The notes under the pieces were generated by a model. The model worked only from the letters and a program-made list of their open reading frames with translations, was not told the DNA's origin and ran no database searches. Source: a virus. Taken from it: a stretch of 64,000 bases of DNA. Made by a program: the position numbers and the translations under genes. The DNA lies in IMG/VR virus record IMGVR_UViG_3300020437_000004, positions 60,854 to 124,853 of that record; one strand, written 5' to 3'. Below, piece after piece: positions 25,714 through 36,320 of this stretch. The stretch's first letter is position 1; each line of letters opens with the position of its first letter.

Positions 25714-27077
25714 ATTTTAAAACCTTGAAATTTGGATTTGGTATCGGTTGTAAATTCTTCTTGATTAGCATCAAGAATATTGTCTTGAGCAGACTGCTCA
25801 CAATCATACAGCCTCATCTTCGCTCTGTCAATACCTAACACAAAACGTTTGTTGACTGTAGGATCATTATATCTATTTTTTAACTGTTTGACCATGATTT
25901 GATTCATGTTTTCTAGATCTTCAGTTGCAATAAGTGCAAACATAAGATCAGCAGTTGCAGGCAGACCGAAAGACTCGCTAGTATCAGTAAGCTCCACGTC
26001 ACTATTGCCGTAGCCTGAGCGAGTGGTTTGCGTAGCGGACACGATCGGGACTCTAAATTCGCCTGCGAGTCCTCGTAACTCTTCGGCAACTGATTTGACA
26101 TAAGTATAGGAATTCACAATGTTGTTTTTATATCGTGACGATGCACAGATATTAAGATAGTCTACAAAGATAATGTCAGGATGAAAACCTTTCTTCAGTG
26201 ACAACTCATTGAGTAGAGACTTGAAGTGATTAACATGTGCAGATGCAGTGGGATACTCCTTGATAACAAGGCGACCCTGTGTCTTCTCTGACAACTTGTC
26301 TATCTTAGATTGATACTTACTCTTACTGAATAAGGGATCACTTAGTTGTTGGATTGGGACGTCGAGGAGGTTGGCATCAATTCGCTCAGCAATCTTCTCC
26401 TCTGCCATTTCAAGTGTAATGTAGAGAACGTTTCTGCCCTGCAAGAGGCAGGCACTAGCGACGTGGCACATGAATAGACTTTTCCCGACACCTGTACCAG
26501 CAAGTGCGATATTGAGAGTCTTATTAGGTAACCCACCTTTTGTAATTTTGTTGAAGAAGTCGAGATCAAATGGGATCTTTTCTTCTTTTCTGTGATAGAA
26601 GTCATATCTTGACTCTGAATCCTCAATGTAATCGTGTCCTACATGGTCATCAAAGCACACACTAAGTGCGTCCGACATAATTGACGGAATTGCATCCTGA
26701 TTACGAGTCTTATCCTGACCATCAGCAATTTGGACAGACTCCATGAGAGCATTATAAATCGCTCGCTCTTTACACCACTTCTCAGTAGTGTCAAGCAACC
26801 AATCTTCATTATACTCCGTCCTATCTAGTCCTTTAAGGATTTGTAGGACTTGATTAACAGCATCCTCTGTCAAATCTTTACGCTTCTCAACCTCTAGAGC
26901 AATAGCATTAGGCTCTGGGAGGTTGTCATACTCATTAACAAATTCAGATATCTCTTTGAAGACTACCTTCTGTGATAGATCATCAAAGTATTCTTCTTTC
27001 ACGAAAGGTAAAACCTTTCTCATGTAATCTGGATTACAAATCAGATTACTAATAACAATTTCTTCTATACCTGGCAT
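25710..27077 (-). CDS. gp41: Replicative DNA helicase gp41
   Basis: AGTGVGKS, IFVDYLNI, TQTTRSG, QLKNRY. Confidence 0.97.
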   Translation of the reverse strand: MPGIEEIVISNLICNPDYMRKVLPFVKEEYFDDLSQKVVFKEISEFVNEYDNLPEPNAIALEVEKRKDLTEDAVNQVLQILKGLDRTEYNEDWLLDTTEKWCKERAIYNALMESVQIADGQDKTRNQDAIPSIMSDALSVCFDDHVGHDYIEDSESRYDFYHRKEEKIPFDLDFFNKITKGGLPNKTLNIALAGTGVGKSLFMCHVASACLLQGRNVLYITLEMAEEKIAERIDANLLDVPIQQLSDPLFSKSKYQSKIDKLSEKTQGRLVIKEYPTASAHVNHFKSLLNELSLKKGFHPDIIFVDYLNICASSRYKNNIVNSYTYVKSVAEELRGLAGEFRVPIVSATQTTRSGYGNSDVELTDTSESFGLPATADLMFALIATEDLENMNQIMVKQLKNRYNDPTVNKRFVLGIDRAKMRLYDCEQSAQDNILDANQEEFTTDTKSKFQGFKI

Positions 27078-27652
27078 TATTGATAGTGTAGATATGTGCC
27101 TACAATGTATTTGTCATTGCTAATAGGTTGCTCTCCGAGATGAGGATACATCCATACAGGAGGGAAGCATAGCACACTACCTTGCTTTGGTTTTACCTTA
27201 AGATCTAGAGCAGGAAAGGTAGTCTCTCCTCCCTCATTGACATCATTAAGATAGAAAAACATAACAAGGAAGCGACGTGCCGTAGCATAGTCACCTACAT
27301 CAATGTGAATATCAAATCGATCCTCAGTATCAACTGAATACTTCTTCATACGGATCTGCTCAATACTATTCTTAGGTGGCCAAAAGGGTGAGCACCCTGT
27401 ATCACGCATATAAAATTCGGATACGTTTTGAATAGCAGTAATAATTTGATTCTGGATCGCTGTCCATTTCTGATTCTTATCTCTCTCAGCAAGGAGAGTG
27501 ATATTCATCTGGGTAAACTGCGGTTTGTGAGAATTCTCCCAACGATCCTGTGCATCAGGTGTCTCGTTGAAGAGTTTAATCGCATTGTTGCAGCAGTTTG
27601 GGTCGAGTGCATTATCATACACTCGGATAAAATCTTTTAAATCACTCGCCAT
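27077..27652 (-). CDS. 2OG-Fe(II) oxygenase
   Basis: [32 protein letters not shown]. Confidence 0.88.
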   Translation of the reverse strand: MASDLKDFIRVYDNALDPNCCNNAIKLFNETPDAQDRWENSHKPQFTQMNITLLAERDKNQKWTAIQNQIITAIQNVSEFYMRDTGCSPFWPPKNSIEQIRMKKYSVDTEDRFDIHIDVGDYATARRFLVMFFYLNDVNEGGETTFPALDLKVKPKQGSVLCFPPVWMYPHLGEQPISNDKYIVGTYLHYQ

Positions 27653-28661
27653 AACAGAATTCTTTTTTAGCGGCTTCGTCCAATTCATGCATTACTTCTT
27701 CTGTGAAGTACTTCTCGGGATCAGCGAGAATAGACTTAGGATAAACAGAAGATTCACCAACACGGTAGCGATTACCGATCCGTTGGAAGATTCCATACTT
27801 CTCACCCAATTCCAGTAACCCATAATACTTGTCCAGTCCGCGTTCGTCATAGAATAACCTCGTCTCTACTTGTGAATTTTCTTTTGTAAGTCGAGACTTT
27901 GCTGCCTTGACCTTGATAATATTCCCAACCACATCCGTACCATCTTTCTCCTTCTTTTTGGAAAGATATACGATAGTGGAAGCAGCATACTTAAGACCAC
28001 TACCGCCACCCATTTCCTTCGTGGGCACATAACTACCGACAACATCATAGGTGTGATTAGTAACGATCATAGGTACATTAGCAAGACCTAGTTTCAGTGT
28101 CAAGACCCTAAAGGCACCCTTAAGGACTTGTGCTCTAGTCATATCTCGTGTGTCTTTGCCTGCCTCTGTGTCTCCAATCTCTTTTGTAGTGGATAGCATG
28201 CCCAATGAATCCAACACAAACATCAATGGTTTGCGATCAGATTCCTTCTGAGTTAAGTATTTATCAACAATCTTAACTGCCTGAGTGCGGAATTCCTGCA
28301 CAGTAGTGACAGGCACAATGATCATGCGTTTAGAATCGATGCCTCTCTCCTCAATCATACTGCGAGAGATAGCAGACTCTGACTCAAAATAAATGACACC
28401 TGCATCAGGGTCAGTCTCTAGGAAGTGACGGACAACAGAGAGTGCATAGAATGTTTTACCTGTGCTACTCTCACCTGCTAGTGCTGTGATCTTATTAGAA
28501 GGTAGACCACCATAGATACTGCCACTCAATAGAGCGTTAAGAATATAAGATCCAGTATCTACATATTGAGTAATGTCACCTGCAGTGATACCTTCAGAGG
28601 CAACTGCTGCGTATTCATTATCAATCTCCTTTACAATTTCAGTGAAAAAACTACTTGTCAT
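27642..28661 (-). CDS. uvsX: RecA-like recombinase UvsX
   Basis: [25 protein letters not shown]. Confidence 0.96.
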   Translation of the reverse strand: MTSSFFTEIVKEIDNEYAAVASEGITAGDITQYVDTGSYILNALLSGSIYGGLPSNKITALAGESSTGKTFYALSVVRHFLETDPDAGVIYFESESAISRSMIEERGIDSKRMIIVPVTTVQEFRTQAVKIVDKYLTQKESDRKPLMFVLDSLGMLSTTKEIGDTEAGKDTRDMTRAQVLKGAFRVLTLKLGLANVPMIVTNHTYDVVGSYVPTKEMGGGSGLKYAASTIVYLSKKKEKDGTDVVGNIIKVKAAKSRLTKENSQVETRLFYDERGLDKYYGLLELGEKYGIFQRIGNRYRVGESSVYPKSILADPEKYFTEEVMHELDEAAKKEFCYGE

Positions 28662-28663
28662 AA

Positions 28664-31183
28664 TTAACCAAACATGGCTTCTAGTGTGGCACGCTTCTTG
28701 GCAGACCAACCGATCTGGTCAAGAATAACGGAAAGTGGATCAAGAAATGCTTTAGAAAATTGCATATCATAATCAATGTAATCCTCAAGTTTAAACTCCG
28801 AGGGGAGTGTCCTAAAGAAAGAGATGACATTTTGGAAGTCACCCTTCTCCCCATGGCGACCAAGTTTGTTAGGTGTCTTGAGGAAGACATACTTGATCTT
28901 TTCACCCTCTTGAATGAGGGGATACTTATGGGTAAGTTTATTCTTTTTAATAGAGTTATTATATAGTAGCACACCTCGGACGTGAATGGGGCAATGTGCT
29001 CCATACAATTTCTTTGGATCGTGATACTTCTTTAGGTTATTGCATGATCGAGGGAATGCAATCTCGTCTGTGGGCAGTTGTTTAAACTGCTTCTCGAAGT
29101 CTTTGACAAACTTCTGCACCTGACGCTCGTCTGTATTCATCATGAGTTTTAGGACATCACGGAGTGCTCCACGACATGATGATGGAGTAGAGGATTTGAC
29201 TGCCTCAATACCCATGATCTTTAGGGAAGGCTCTTGATACCTGACACCCTCACTGTCCCATACGTTTAGAATATATCTTTTCTTAGCAGTCCAGACACCA
29301 CGATTAGCGATGTTTTCTCGCTTCATAAACATCTTCTGCTCGTAGGCATTTACATAGGTTGCCAATTCTTCATAAGAATTCTGAATATACTTTTCAAATT
29401 CCACATCACACACCTTCGTAAGGAACCGCAATACGCTTTGATCGCTCTCCTCTCGCTCTTTGAATATCTTTTTAACCAGAGGATCCATATGCAAATAAAT
29501 GGAATCGGTATCAGAAGCAATAACATAATCTTTATCTTCTGTCTCTAATAGTTTATTAAGAAATTTGTTTATCTTATTTTCAATCCATCGGATAGAGACC
29601 TGACCAGATAGAGTGATTGCCTCAGCGTTTGCCAAGTTATAGTAACGGAAGTATTGATTACCAATAGCACCATAGGCACTATTAAGTTGAATCTTCCTTG
29701 CCATTTGGATGTTGTTGAAGGTGGAGATATCATTCTTTAGTTTGGGATCACCAGTCTTCTCAAACTCCTGCTTGGCAGCGAGCATTTTCTTCTTATAGAT
29801 CTTCCTTTCATCGTAGATGCGTTGCATCATCTCAGGAAGAAATCCATGTATATCCTTACGATACTGAGCACCATTAGCACAGACAGCGTAATCAGGATGG
29901 GCAGTAAACTCTTCGTCAAGGATCCTATCTACTGATACTCGTGGGTGTCTCTCATCGATAAGTGTCTCGGGAGAGATGTTATACTGCATTATAAGGTGAG
30001 GATACAGAGAATTCAAGTCGAAACTACACACCCAGTCATAAACACCAGGCACAGGCTCTTTGACGTATGCCCCTGCATACTTATCATCCTTGTCGGATGT
30101 TTGCTTAGGGGGCACAACAATATTCTTTTGATACAAATCATTATAGATGAGAGTATCCCACATCTTTACTTGTGAGAATACATCATCAATGTTTACCTTG
30201 GCATCGTATGCCATGGTGACTGCCAACTCAACAAGTTTCATCTTGCCTTCCAGACGGTCAACCAATTCAACGTCATGGATGTTGTAGTCTACAAACTTTT
30301 GCCAGTCAGATGTATAGAAGTCCTTGAAGTTTTCATACATGCTGTGATCAAGTTTGTGCTCACCCAATTCAACAGTAGAGATATGCTCTAGACTGTAGGA
30401 TTCCTGTGCAGAATAGGTAAACTTTTTGTATAGATCAAGGTAGTCAAGGATAGTAACACCAAGAATATCGTAGACAAGATTTGCTCGGCCTTGCACATTT
30501 ACTGTGCGGTCTTTTACAACATTCCAAGGTGAGAGACTCTTCATCCACTTCTCTCCTAGGATCTTCTCAATTCTACGACAGATATAAGGCATGTCATAGA
30601 AGTTATTATTCCACCCTGTGATGATGTCAGGGGTGTCATGCACCCAATGCTTATGGAAGTCCTGCAGCATTTCATGCTCAGTGTTGAAGACACGATACTC
30701 CACACCTTCGGGAGGATCATACTCTCGTGTGCCCCATGAAATGATCTTCTTACTGATCATATTCTTCATGGTGATACACAACATGTCTTCTTGACATGCA
30801 TCTACATCAGGGAATCCATTCTCACATGCAACCTCGATATCGATTGTCCATATACTCATCTTAGACATGTCATAGTTGACACGAGTAGGGTATTTCTGGG
30901 CGATATGTTGGAATACAAACCGCTCATACCCATGGACTTCCATTCCTTCTACGTCGGAATACTTCTGCAGGAAGTCTCGTGCCTCACGGACACCATCAAA
31001 CTTTTTCTTATGTGCATACCTACCATCCAGAGTCTTATACTTGGATGGTTTTGATTGATTTGCAGGCACCAAGTAGAGTGAAGGGGAGGTCTTCTCACGG
31101 TATTGCACACGCTCACCGTTACGGTATCCCCTTACCAACGCAGTGTCACCAAAGATGATTACGTTAGTGTAAAAATCACTCAT
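28664..31183 (-). CDS. gp43: Family B DNA polymerase gp43
   Basis: DIEV and GWNNNFYD exonuclease motifs, [21 protein letters not shown]. Confidence 0.98.
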   Translation of the reverse strand: MSDFYTNVIIFGDTALVRGYRNGERVQYREKTSPSLYLVPANQSKPSKYKTLDGRYAHKKKFDGVREARDFLQKYSDVEGMEVHGYERFVFQHIAQKYPTRVNYDMSKMSIWTIDIEVACENGFPDVDACQEDMLCITMKNMISKKIISWGTREYDPPEGVEYRVFNTEHEMLQDFHKHWVHDTPDIITGWNNNFYDMPYICRRIEKILGEKWMKSLSPWNVVKDRTVNVQGRANLVYDILGVTILDYLDLYKKFTYSAQESYSLEHISTVELGEHKLDHSMYENFKDFYTSDWQKFVDYNIHDVELVDRLEGKMKLVELAVTMAYDAKVNIDDVFSQVKMWDTLIYNDLYQKNIVVPPKQTSDKDDKYAGAYVKEPVPGVYDWVCSFDLNSLYPHLIMQYNISPETLIDERHPRVSVDRILDEEFTAHPDYAVCANGAQYRKDIHGFLPEMMQRIYDERKIYKKKMLAAKQEFEKTGDPKLKNDISTFNNIQMARKIQLNSAYGAIGNQYFRYYNLANAEAITLSGQVSIRWIENKINKFLNKLLETEDKDYVIASDTDSIYLHMDPLVKKIFKEREESDQSVLRFLTKVCDVEFEKYIQNSYEELATYVNAYEQKMFMKRENIANRGVWTAKKRYILNVWDSEGVRYQEPSLKIMGIEAVKSSTPSSCRGALRDVLKLMMNTDERQVQKFVKDFEKQFKQLPTDEIAFPRSCNNLKKYHDPKKLYGAHCPIHVRGVLLYNNSIKKNKLTHKYPLIQEGEKIKYVFLKTPNKLGRHGEKGDFQNVISFFRTLPSEFKLEDYIDYDMQFSKAFLDPLSVILDQIGWSAKKRATLEAMFG

Positions 31184-31448
31184 TCTTGTCTGTCTTCTTC
31201 TCTTTGGATTCTAGCATTACTAGGTATTGTTTTGCAACCTTTGCCGAGGGATCTACTACCGTTAATACATCAGTACTGTCGATGAATAGGTCGTCTTGAT
31301 CGCTATAATATGGAAACTTCTTGAGTCCATCCTCTGTTACCTCGTGGCAGTTTTGGATCAGGAAACTAGGCTCCTCATCCATCTCCACTAGGTCACCCAA
31401 TAACGAGACCTTCGGGTGGTACTTCAGAATAATCAACTTTAACATCAT
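31176..31448 (-). CDS. Conserved hypothetical protein
   Basis: 90-aa ORF tiling the operon. Confidence 0.7.
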   Translation of the reverse strand: MMLKLIILKYHPKVSLLGDLVEMDEEPSFLIQNCHEVTEDGLKKFPYYSDQDDLFIDSTDVLTVVDPSAKVAKQYLVMLESKEKKTDKNE

Positions 31449-31788
31449 CTTTTCGTGATTTTTTAATGGTTTTCAATGCGTCTTCATATCGCTTGAGGAC
31501 TTCCCAATGTGGATCAGCAATACTCACAACGTGTTGTAGAGAAATAAAATTAGATCCTACAGTCAATGGGAAGAATGGATAAAATCTCATACGAATATTA
31601 CCAAGAGGGTTAGATTTACCCGCCTCCTCGACAAGATACTCTTGGTCATTCATTTCTAATTGAATAGAGAAAGAGTCTTTAAATTCATATGCAAGGACAC
31701 GAGCTTCATCACCTTCGGAGTCTCTAACTTCCTTGATGTCAGCGATTACGTCCTCGCCGTTTGCCATTCTTGCTACCTTTACGCTCAT
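31393..31788 (-). CDS. Conserved hypothetical protein (Sm-like fold pattern)
   Basis: VKVARMANGEDVIA..V. Confidence 0.7.
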   Translation of the reverse strand: MSVKVARMANGEDVIADIKEVRDSEGDEARVLAYEFKDSFSIQLEMNDQEYLVEEAGKSNPLGNIRMRFYPFFPLTVGSNFISLQHVVSIADPHWEVLKRYEDALKTIKKSRKDDVKVDYSEVPPEGLVIG

Positions 31789-31900
31789 AGTTTTCTTCTA
31801 GTAGGGTTAGCACCTCATCTAGTTTATCAGATGGCACGTCCAAAGTCAACATAGTTAGATCTTTGCAATGAGGTGGTGCCAGATTTACATACATGTTCAT
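31739..31900 (-). CDS. Small hypothetical protein
   Basis: MNMYVNLAPPHC...TLDVP; start moved to 31900. Confidence 0.55.
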   Translation of the reverse strand: MNMYVNLAPPHCKDLTMLTLDVPSDKLDEVLTLLEENYERKGSKNGKRRGRNR

Positions 31901-31916
31901 AGTCAGTGTCTCCAAA

Positions 31917-31951
31917 CAAAAAGAGACCCCTGTGTTAAGAGTCTCTTTTCT
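31917..31951. terminator. Bidirectional-looking terminator
   Basis: AAAAAGAGAC...GTCTCTTTT. Confidence 0.5.
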
Positions 31952-32147
31952 TGTGTAGTATATAGTATACCACAGTATAGGTCTATGAAATTGTTGTCGG
32001 TGTTGAAGCACCCAGTGACCCAATTCAATCTACTTATCCTAGGAATGCTAGGGGTCATTCAAATCATACACACCCATGCACACTATAAAATGGAGATGGA
32101 TGTGCACGCATACTGTAGACAGAATGCAGAGTGGGTAGAGTCCCAGT

Positions 32148-32594
32148 CTACTGAATATTGAAGACCTTTCTCTTCTGGTGATCTGGGATAATTTTATTGA
32201 GAGTGATAGATAACATACCGTTGTTGAAGGTAACTTCACTAACCTCTACGTCATCAGATAGATTGAATCCTCGTGTGAAGGATCTACCTGCTACACCTTT
32301 GTATACAAAGTCCTCTTTGTCTGGTTTCTCTTCTTGATCTACTGACTTGACAATTAGGATATTACTCTCTGTGCTTACCTCAATGTCTTCTGGTCTCCAT
32401 CCTGCTAGTGCTAGATCGATTCTCCATTTGACGTTGGATTCCTTAATGATATTGTATGGAGGATACTGACCACCTGGTGATCCTGCTCCATATGAATGCA
32501 GTCTGTAGAATAGATCGTCTAGTCCTACGCTGTAGCGATTGGCTGCATCAAAAATTGCATCGACATCCTTAGATGTCCACTTAGTTAGTTTCAT
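32148..32594 (-). CDS. hsp20: Small heat-shock protein Hsp20
   Basis: YPPYNI, LALAG, RSFTRGFNL, FNNGMLSITL. Confidence 0.95.
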   Translation of the reverse strand: MKLTKWTSKDVDAIFDAANRYSVGLDDLFYRLHSYGAGSPGGQYPPYNIIKESNVKWRIDLALAGWRPEDIEVSTESNILIVKSVDQEEKPDKEDFVYKGVAGRSFTRGFNLSDDVEVSEVTFNNGMLSITLNKIIPDHQKRKVFNIQ

Positions 32595-32623
32595 AATTCT
32601 CCTTAAAAAGCGAGTTTGATTGT

Positions 32624-32654
32624 GTGGTCCCCGAAGGCAACCACCTATATTTAG
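32624..32654 (-). promoter_or_regulatory. CTAAATA late-type promoter with 5' UUCG hairpin in the hsp20 leader
   Basis: CTAAATA at 32654-32648; GUGGUUGCC-UUCG-GGGACCAC. Confidence 0.5.
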
Positions 32655-32727
32655 CGTGTATGACTAGGTTTTGTATAGGGTAATACCCGAAGAAATATTT
32701 GGTAACAACCGTCTAATAATTATTTCG

Positions 32728-32734
32728 CTAAATA
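32728..32734 (+). promoter_or_regulatory. CTAAATA late-type promoter for the plus-strand operon
   Basis: 28 nt upstream of ATG 32763. Confidence 0.5.
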
Positions 32735-32762
32735 GAGCTAGCACATCCCTCGCGAGGATAAA

Positions 32763-33266
32763 ATGAAAAAGATTTCAGCAGTGCTCTTCGGAATGTTTAT
32801 GTTGACCGCACCCGCACAGGCGGATATCACGCATCGCTTGTCCAGTAGTGTACAACTCACTGTGGATGCAGCTGCAACAAATGTACAGAGAGTTGGTAGC
32901 TCATATGCTGTCACAGGTAACAACGTTACCACACAATATACACCTTCTGGTGGTAGTGCAACAAGCTCTATTGGTAGTCTGACTGTCTCCTCAGGCGTTG
33001 GAGCGATTCCTACGTTGTCAGCGACCCAAGCAACTGCAGGGGAAAGTTTCAGCTTCTCTCAAACTTTCTATCAAGGTGATGCTCTAGGTTCTAGTGCACC
33101 GACAGTTGGTGAAGTACATAACTTCAGTAACCAGACAAGTACTGCTGCAGGTACTGCAGGCAATCTAGCTGGTACTATTGATTCATCATCAACGATGGGT
33201 CTAACAGCTGGAGGAGCAGGCACATCAGCTACTGGACAATTCACTAGCGAAATCCTAATCAAGTAG
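32763..33266 (+). CDS. Secreted Ser/Thr/Gly-rich beta protein
   Basis: Signal peptide MKKISAVLFGMFMLTAPAQA; GAGG ribosome-binding site. Confidence 0.8.
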   Translation: MKKISAVLFGMFMLTAPAQADITHRLSSSVQLTVDAAATNVQRVGSSYAVTGNNVTTQYTPSGGSATSSIGSLTVSSGVGAIPTLSATQATAGESFSFSQTFYQGDALGSSAPTVGEVHNFSNQTSTAAGTAGNLAGTIDSSSTMGLTAGGAGTSATGQFTSEILIK

Positions 33267-33267
33267 G

Positions 33268-33732
33268 ATGATAAAGAGGTTTACTATAGGCATGTTGTTA
33301 CTGTGTAGCAGTGCTGCACAGGCAGTGCCTGTAGTACCTAATTTTCAGCAAGGCCAAATGACTAGCCATACAGAAACTACTTCTGAAGTGACTGAGGTCA
33401 TAAATTCGATGGATTACTCCACAGGATATACATACAGTATATCAGGTCATGGGGTGAAACCACAGGACAATGGGACAATCACACCTGGTGCAACAAGCAG
33501 CATTGGAGTGACCGCACCACAAACGTCTACAACTAGTAATGGAATTAATTCGACATGGACAGGATTAAACCTAGACCCAAGCAACAAACCAACGTGGGTC
33601 CAAAGCACACCTGGTGGAAACTTCAGTTTCATGGAAACGTATCACGGACCAGGTCTGCAAAATCACACGATCATCGAGAGAACAACAAAAATTCAAAGCG
33701 TAACAGATACCACAAGTATCTTTACCCAGTAA
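33268..33732 (+). CDS. Secreted Thr-rich protein
   Basis: Signal peptide MIKRFTIGMLLLCSSAAQA, then VPVVPNF. Confidence 0.8.
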   Translation: MIKRFTIGMLLLCSSAAQAVPVVPNFQQGQMTSHTETTSEVTEVINSMDYSTGYTYSISGHGVKPQDNGTITPGATSSIGVTAPQTSTTSNGINSTWTGLNLDPSNKPTWVQSTPGGNFSFMETYHGPGLQNHTIIERTTKIQSVTDTTSIFTQ

Positions 33733-34478
33733 TTGCACTAGCATTTGCAGCACCAGTTAACGCTGAGACTGTAGGTGGTGTGTCTGCGACAGCAAACCCA
33801 GTCGCGAATAGCTCAGGCTCAGTGACCAACCAGGCAATTCAAGTTTTACAAGGACCGTATATCCAGAATGGATATGGTGATGGTATTGTGTGTCAGGGAC
33901 CTACCGCTAATTTTACTCCATATGTCACTAGGTCAACTTCATGGAATTTTCCTTACGAACCGACCTATCAAGATCCTGTATACAACATGCTTGACCTTGT
34001 TGGAGACTTTGATGACAATGGCAACGCAATTCCAGACGGGATTCCCGATCATCCAGGTCAGATTTTGTATCATAGAGAAATAAGAACGGGACAAAAAGAT
34101 AACTATAACTGGAATGCAGGTTTCTCTGCCACTATTTCATGGCCATTGGACGGAGAAGCACAGGAATTGTGTAAGGAAGCAGCAAGAAATCACAACATGT
34201 TGCGTGAGCAAATGACTGCTAATCGTAGATTAGAATTTGAGCTTACAAGATTATCCAGATGTGGTGAGCTTGCCCAGAATGGTATTACATTCGCAACTTG
34301 GAGTCCTTATTTTGACCTATGTAAGGATGTGGTAGTGAATCCTAAGATGATTCAAGGTGTGCCACATACACATAGTATCAATCCAGTTTCCTCTTCAAAG
34401 GTGGTAACCCCCTCTTCGAACGGTAACGGTCAGTCCTCCTCTCTGAAAGAGATAAGTGTCGGGGATGTGACCCCTTAG
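33555..34478 (+). CDS. Putative exported or outer-membrane protein
   Basis: Hydrophobic AxA segment (YPVIALAFAAPVNA), amphipathic strand YNWNAGFSATISWPLD, helical Cys-containing C-terminus; start uncertain. Confidence 0.7.
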   Translation: MDRIKPRPKQQTNVGPKHTWWKLQFHGNVSRTRSAKSHDHRENNKNSKRNRYHKYLYPVIALAFAAPVNAETVGGVSATANPVANSSGSVTNQAIQVLQGPYIQNGYGDGIVCQGPTANFTPYVTRSTSWNFPYEPTYQDPVYNMLDLVGDFDDNGNAIPDGIPDHPGQILYHREIRTGQKDNYNWNAGFSATISWPLDGEAQELCKEAARNHNMLREQMTANRRLEFELTRLSRCGELAQNGITFATWSPYFDLCKDVVVNPKMIQGVPHTHSINPVSSSKVVTPSSNGNGQSSSLKEISVGDVTP

Positions 34479-35181
34479 AACTAATCTTAGACATTACCTT
34501 CTTCACAGCAGGTTTTACAACCTTTAATAGTAATTCTGCTAAAGGTTTTGCTAATAGAGCAGAGGTTGTTGCAACTACAGCAATAGATGTAGTAGCCATT
34601 ATTGCCCCTGCAGTGGGTATATTTCCAACAACTTGGTCAGGTATTGACACCTTGACCTTTATAGGCACACATTCTATCTGTGTGCCATTTTTTATGAGTT
34701 TATACTCGACAATCTTTTGATCACCAGTTACTGTGCCTACTGGCTCCTTCGCTTCTTGGATCTCAGTAGGGCATTGCTGCTCCTCTTCTTTAGTTACACC
34801 ACTTGTATCAGGCACTGGTGGAGGACCTGGCAATTCTGCCTCTGGGGGTGGTTGATATACAGGGACAGGTGGCTCATACTTATATTGTATTCTACTTGCG
34901 TCGTAATCTATAGGTGAAAATGATGGTACACCACTATCACATAAGACCATATTACCGTCTTTATCATTCTTCCTCAACTCATCCTGCATCTTACCAGTGG
35001 TTGATTGCTCCTTATGATAGGTAACACAACCAGGTATATTAATAATAGGAGATCCTATCTGTTGGGTAATAGGATGAAGATTTGGAAGGGTCGTAGGCAT
35101 ATTGCGTAACCACTCAGGTGTATAAACCTGAGGGATTTCTCTTACACCTACCTCATTTATCTTGATCGAAGGTATCGTCAT
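34378..35181 (-). CDS. Pro-rich protein with C-terminal membrane segment
   Basis: Start MTIPSIK; four Cys; AIMATTSIAVVATTSALLA followed by a basic tail. Confidence 0.75.
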   Translation of the reverse strand: MTIPSIKINEVGVREIPQVYTPEWLRNMPTTLPNLHPITQQIGSPIINIPGCVTYHKEQSTTGKMQDELRKNDKDGNMVLCDSGVPSFSPIDYDASRIQYKYEPPVPVYQPPPEAELPGPPPVPDTSGVTKEEEQQCPTEIQEAKEPVGTVTGDQKIVEYKLIKNGTQIECVPIKVKVSIPDQVVGNIPTAGAIMATTSIAVVATTSALLAKPLAELLLKVVKPAVKKVMSKISSKGSHPRHLSLSERRTDRYRSKRGLPPLKRKLD

Positions 35182-35758
35182 CACAATGCTCACTAAAATC
35201 AGTTGCCATCTGACCACCTATCTTGGCACCTTGATCAGCACCACCTAGTGCGACAAGACCCGCCAATACAGGTCCCACAAATGGTATACCAGAAACAGCA
35301 GGGGCTGCTGCAGCACCCATACTAGCTCCCACCACACGTCCTGTTTGCTCTCCACCGCCCGCCGACTTGATACATGCGACTGCACGGTCGTCGAGCTTTC
35401 CCACCGAGGGGGATCCACTCCCATCCTGCCATGATCGAGGATTTGACACTTGTCCGCCTTGGTTGGTCTTACCATCCATGACGTATTCTTCTACTACTTG
35501 AGTCCTCTTTTTACCTAGACCAAGCAGTCCAGCTGGTTTTTCAATATCTCTAGTGATATGCATAGTCTTTGGATCGTTTGCTCTATAAGCAATCGAATAA
35601 CCATCCTCATCAACTCTTGCTGAGTATGTTGAATAAGGTCCTACAGGAGGTTGGATAAGTGGCAAAGTATTATTCTTGGAAATCATTCCAATCATACCAA
35701 TATGTCCTATACCTAGGACAATACCAAGTCCACCTGCAAACCAATTAATAGGTTTCAT
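35153..35758 (-). CDS. Membrane protein with N-terminal anchor and glycine-zipper hairpin
   Basis: FAGGLGIVLGIGHIGMIG; C..GRVVGASMGAAAA...GAKIGG...C. Confidence 0.75.
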   Translation of the reverse strand: MKPINWFAGGLGIVLGIGHIGMIGMISKNNTLPLIQPPVGPYSTYSARVDEDGYSIAYRANDPKTMHITRDIEKPAGLLGLGKKRTQVVEEYVMDGKTNQGGQVSNPRSWQDGSGSPSVGKLDDRAVACIKSAGGGEQTGRVVGASMGAAAAPAVSGIPFVGPVLAGLVALGGADQGAKIGGQMATDFSEHCDDDTFDQDK

Positions 35759-35991
35759 TTTCCTGGTAGCGTTGGGATAGCGGGTCCTGTCGCTTTAGGA
35801 ATCTTTGGCACCTCTGCATCAATAGCAACAGGAAGTGCATCAGACAATGCAGCAGTAATAGCCTTCGTAACACGAGACTTTACATTCTCTTTAATCTCTT
35901 CTCTCTGTAGATAAACATATCCACCTGTGCCTACAATGGCAAGAGAAACAACACCTGCAAAGATCGCAAGTCCGTCAATAATCTTTCGCAT
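35755..35991 (-). CDS. Single-TM protein with Pro-rich tail
   Basis: GLAIFAGVVSLAIVGTGGYVY. Confidence 0.7.
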   Translation of the reverse strand: MRKIIDGLAIFAGVVSLAIVGTGGYVYLQREEIKENVKSRVTKAITAALSDALPVAIDAEVPKIPKATGPAIPTLPGK

Positions 35992-35994
35992 AAT

Positions 35995-36297
35995 TTACTC
36001 CTTTTCTTTCTTAGCGACATATTCCACAGTGTATGTGGTCTTAGCACCTGCACTTGGCTTCTTCTCATCACCATTCTTCTTGGTCGTAGCGACGCCAAAA
36101 GTAGCTAACGTTCCTGTGAAGACCGAGGCTATGAAAGTTGGATCAATATTGGTCTTTGCTAGACCTGGCACCTGCAAATAATTAATAGTCAGGATAGCCG
36201 CAGACCACCCAAGGATAGTAAGACGCACCAAAGTGGCGACACCTTCATCCAATAAGTCAAACTTTTTTTCTTGCTTAACTTTAGGAGTTTCAGCCAT
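35995..36297 (-). CDS. Two-TM membrane protein
   Basis: LVRLTILGWSAAILT / IDPTFIASVFTGTLATFGV; CTAAATA at 36318-36324. Confidence 0.75.
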   Translation of the reverse strand: MAETPKVKQEKKFDLLDEGVATLVRLTILGWSAAILTINYLQVPGLAKTNIDPTFIASVFTGTLATFGVATTKKNGDEKKPSAGAKTTYTVEYVAKKEKE

Positions 36298-36320
36298 GAT
36301 TCTAGTGTAAGTACCTCTAT

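Noticed and set aside
13176-31183. Inteins or introns in nrdA, nrdB, g41 and g43
   Set aside because: Lengths and motif spacing are normal and the ORFs are continuous.
32048-32147. Small ORF downstream of hsp20
   Set aside because: No convincing start, ribosome-binding site or composition; left uncalled.
33660-33732. Programmed -1 frameshift fusing plus-strand ORF2 to ORF3
   Set aside because: No in-phase X XXY YYZ slippery heptamer found; kept only as an open possibility.
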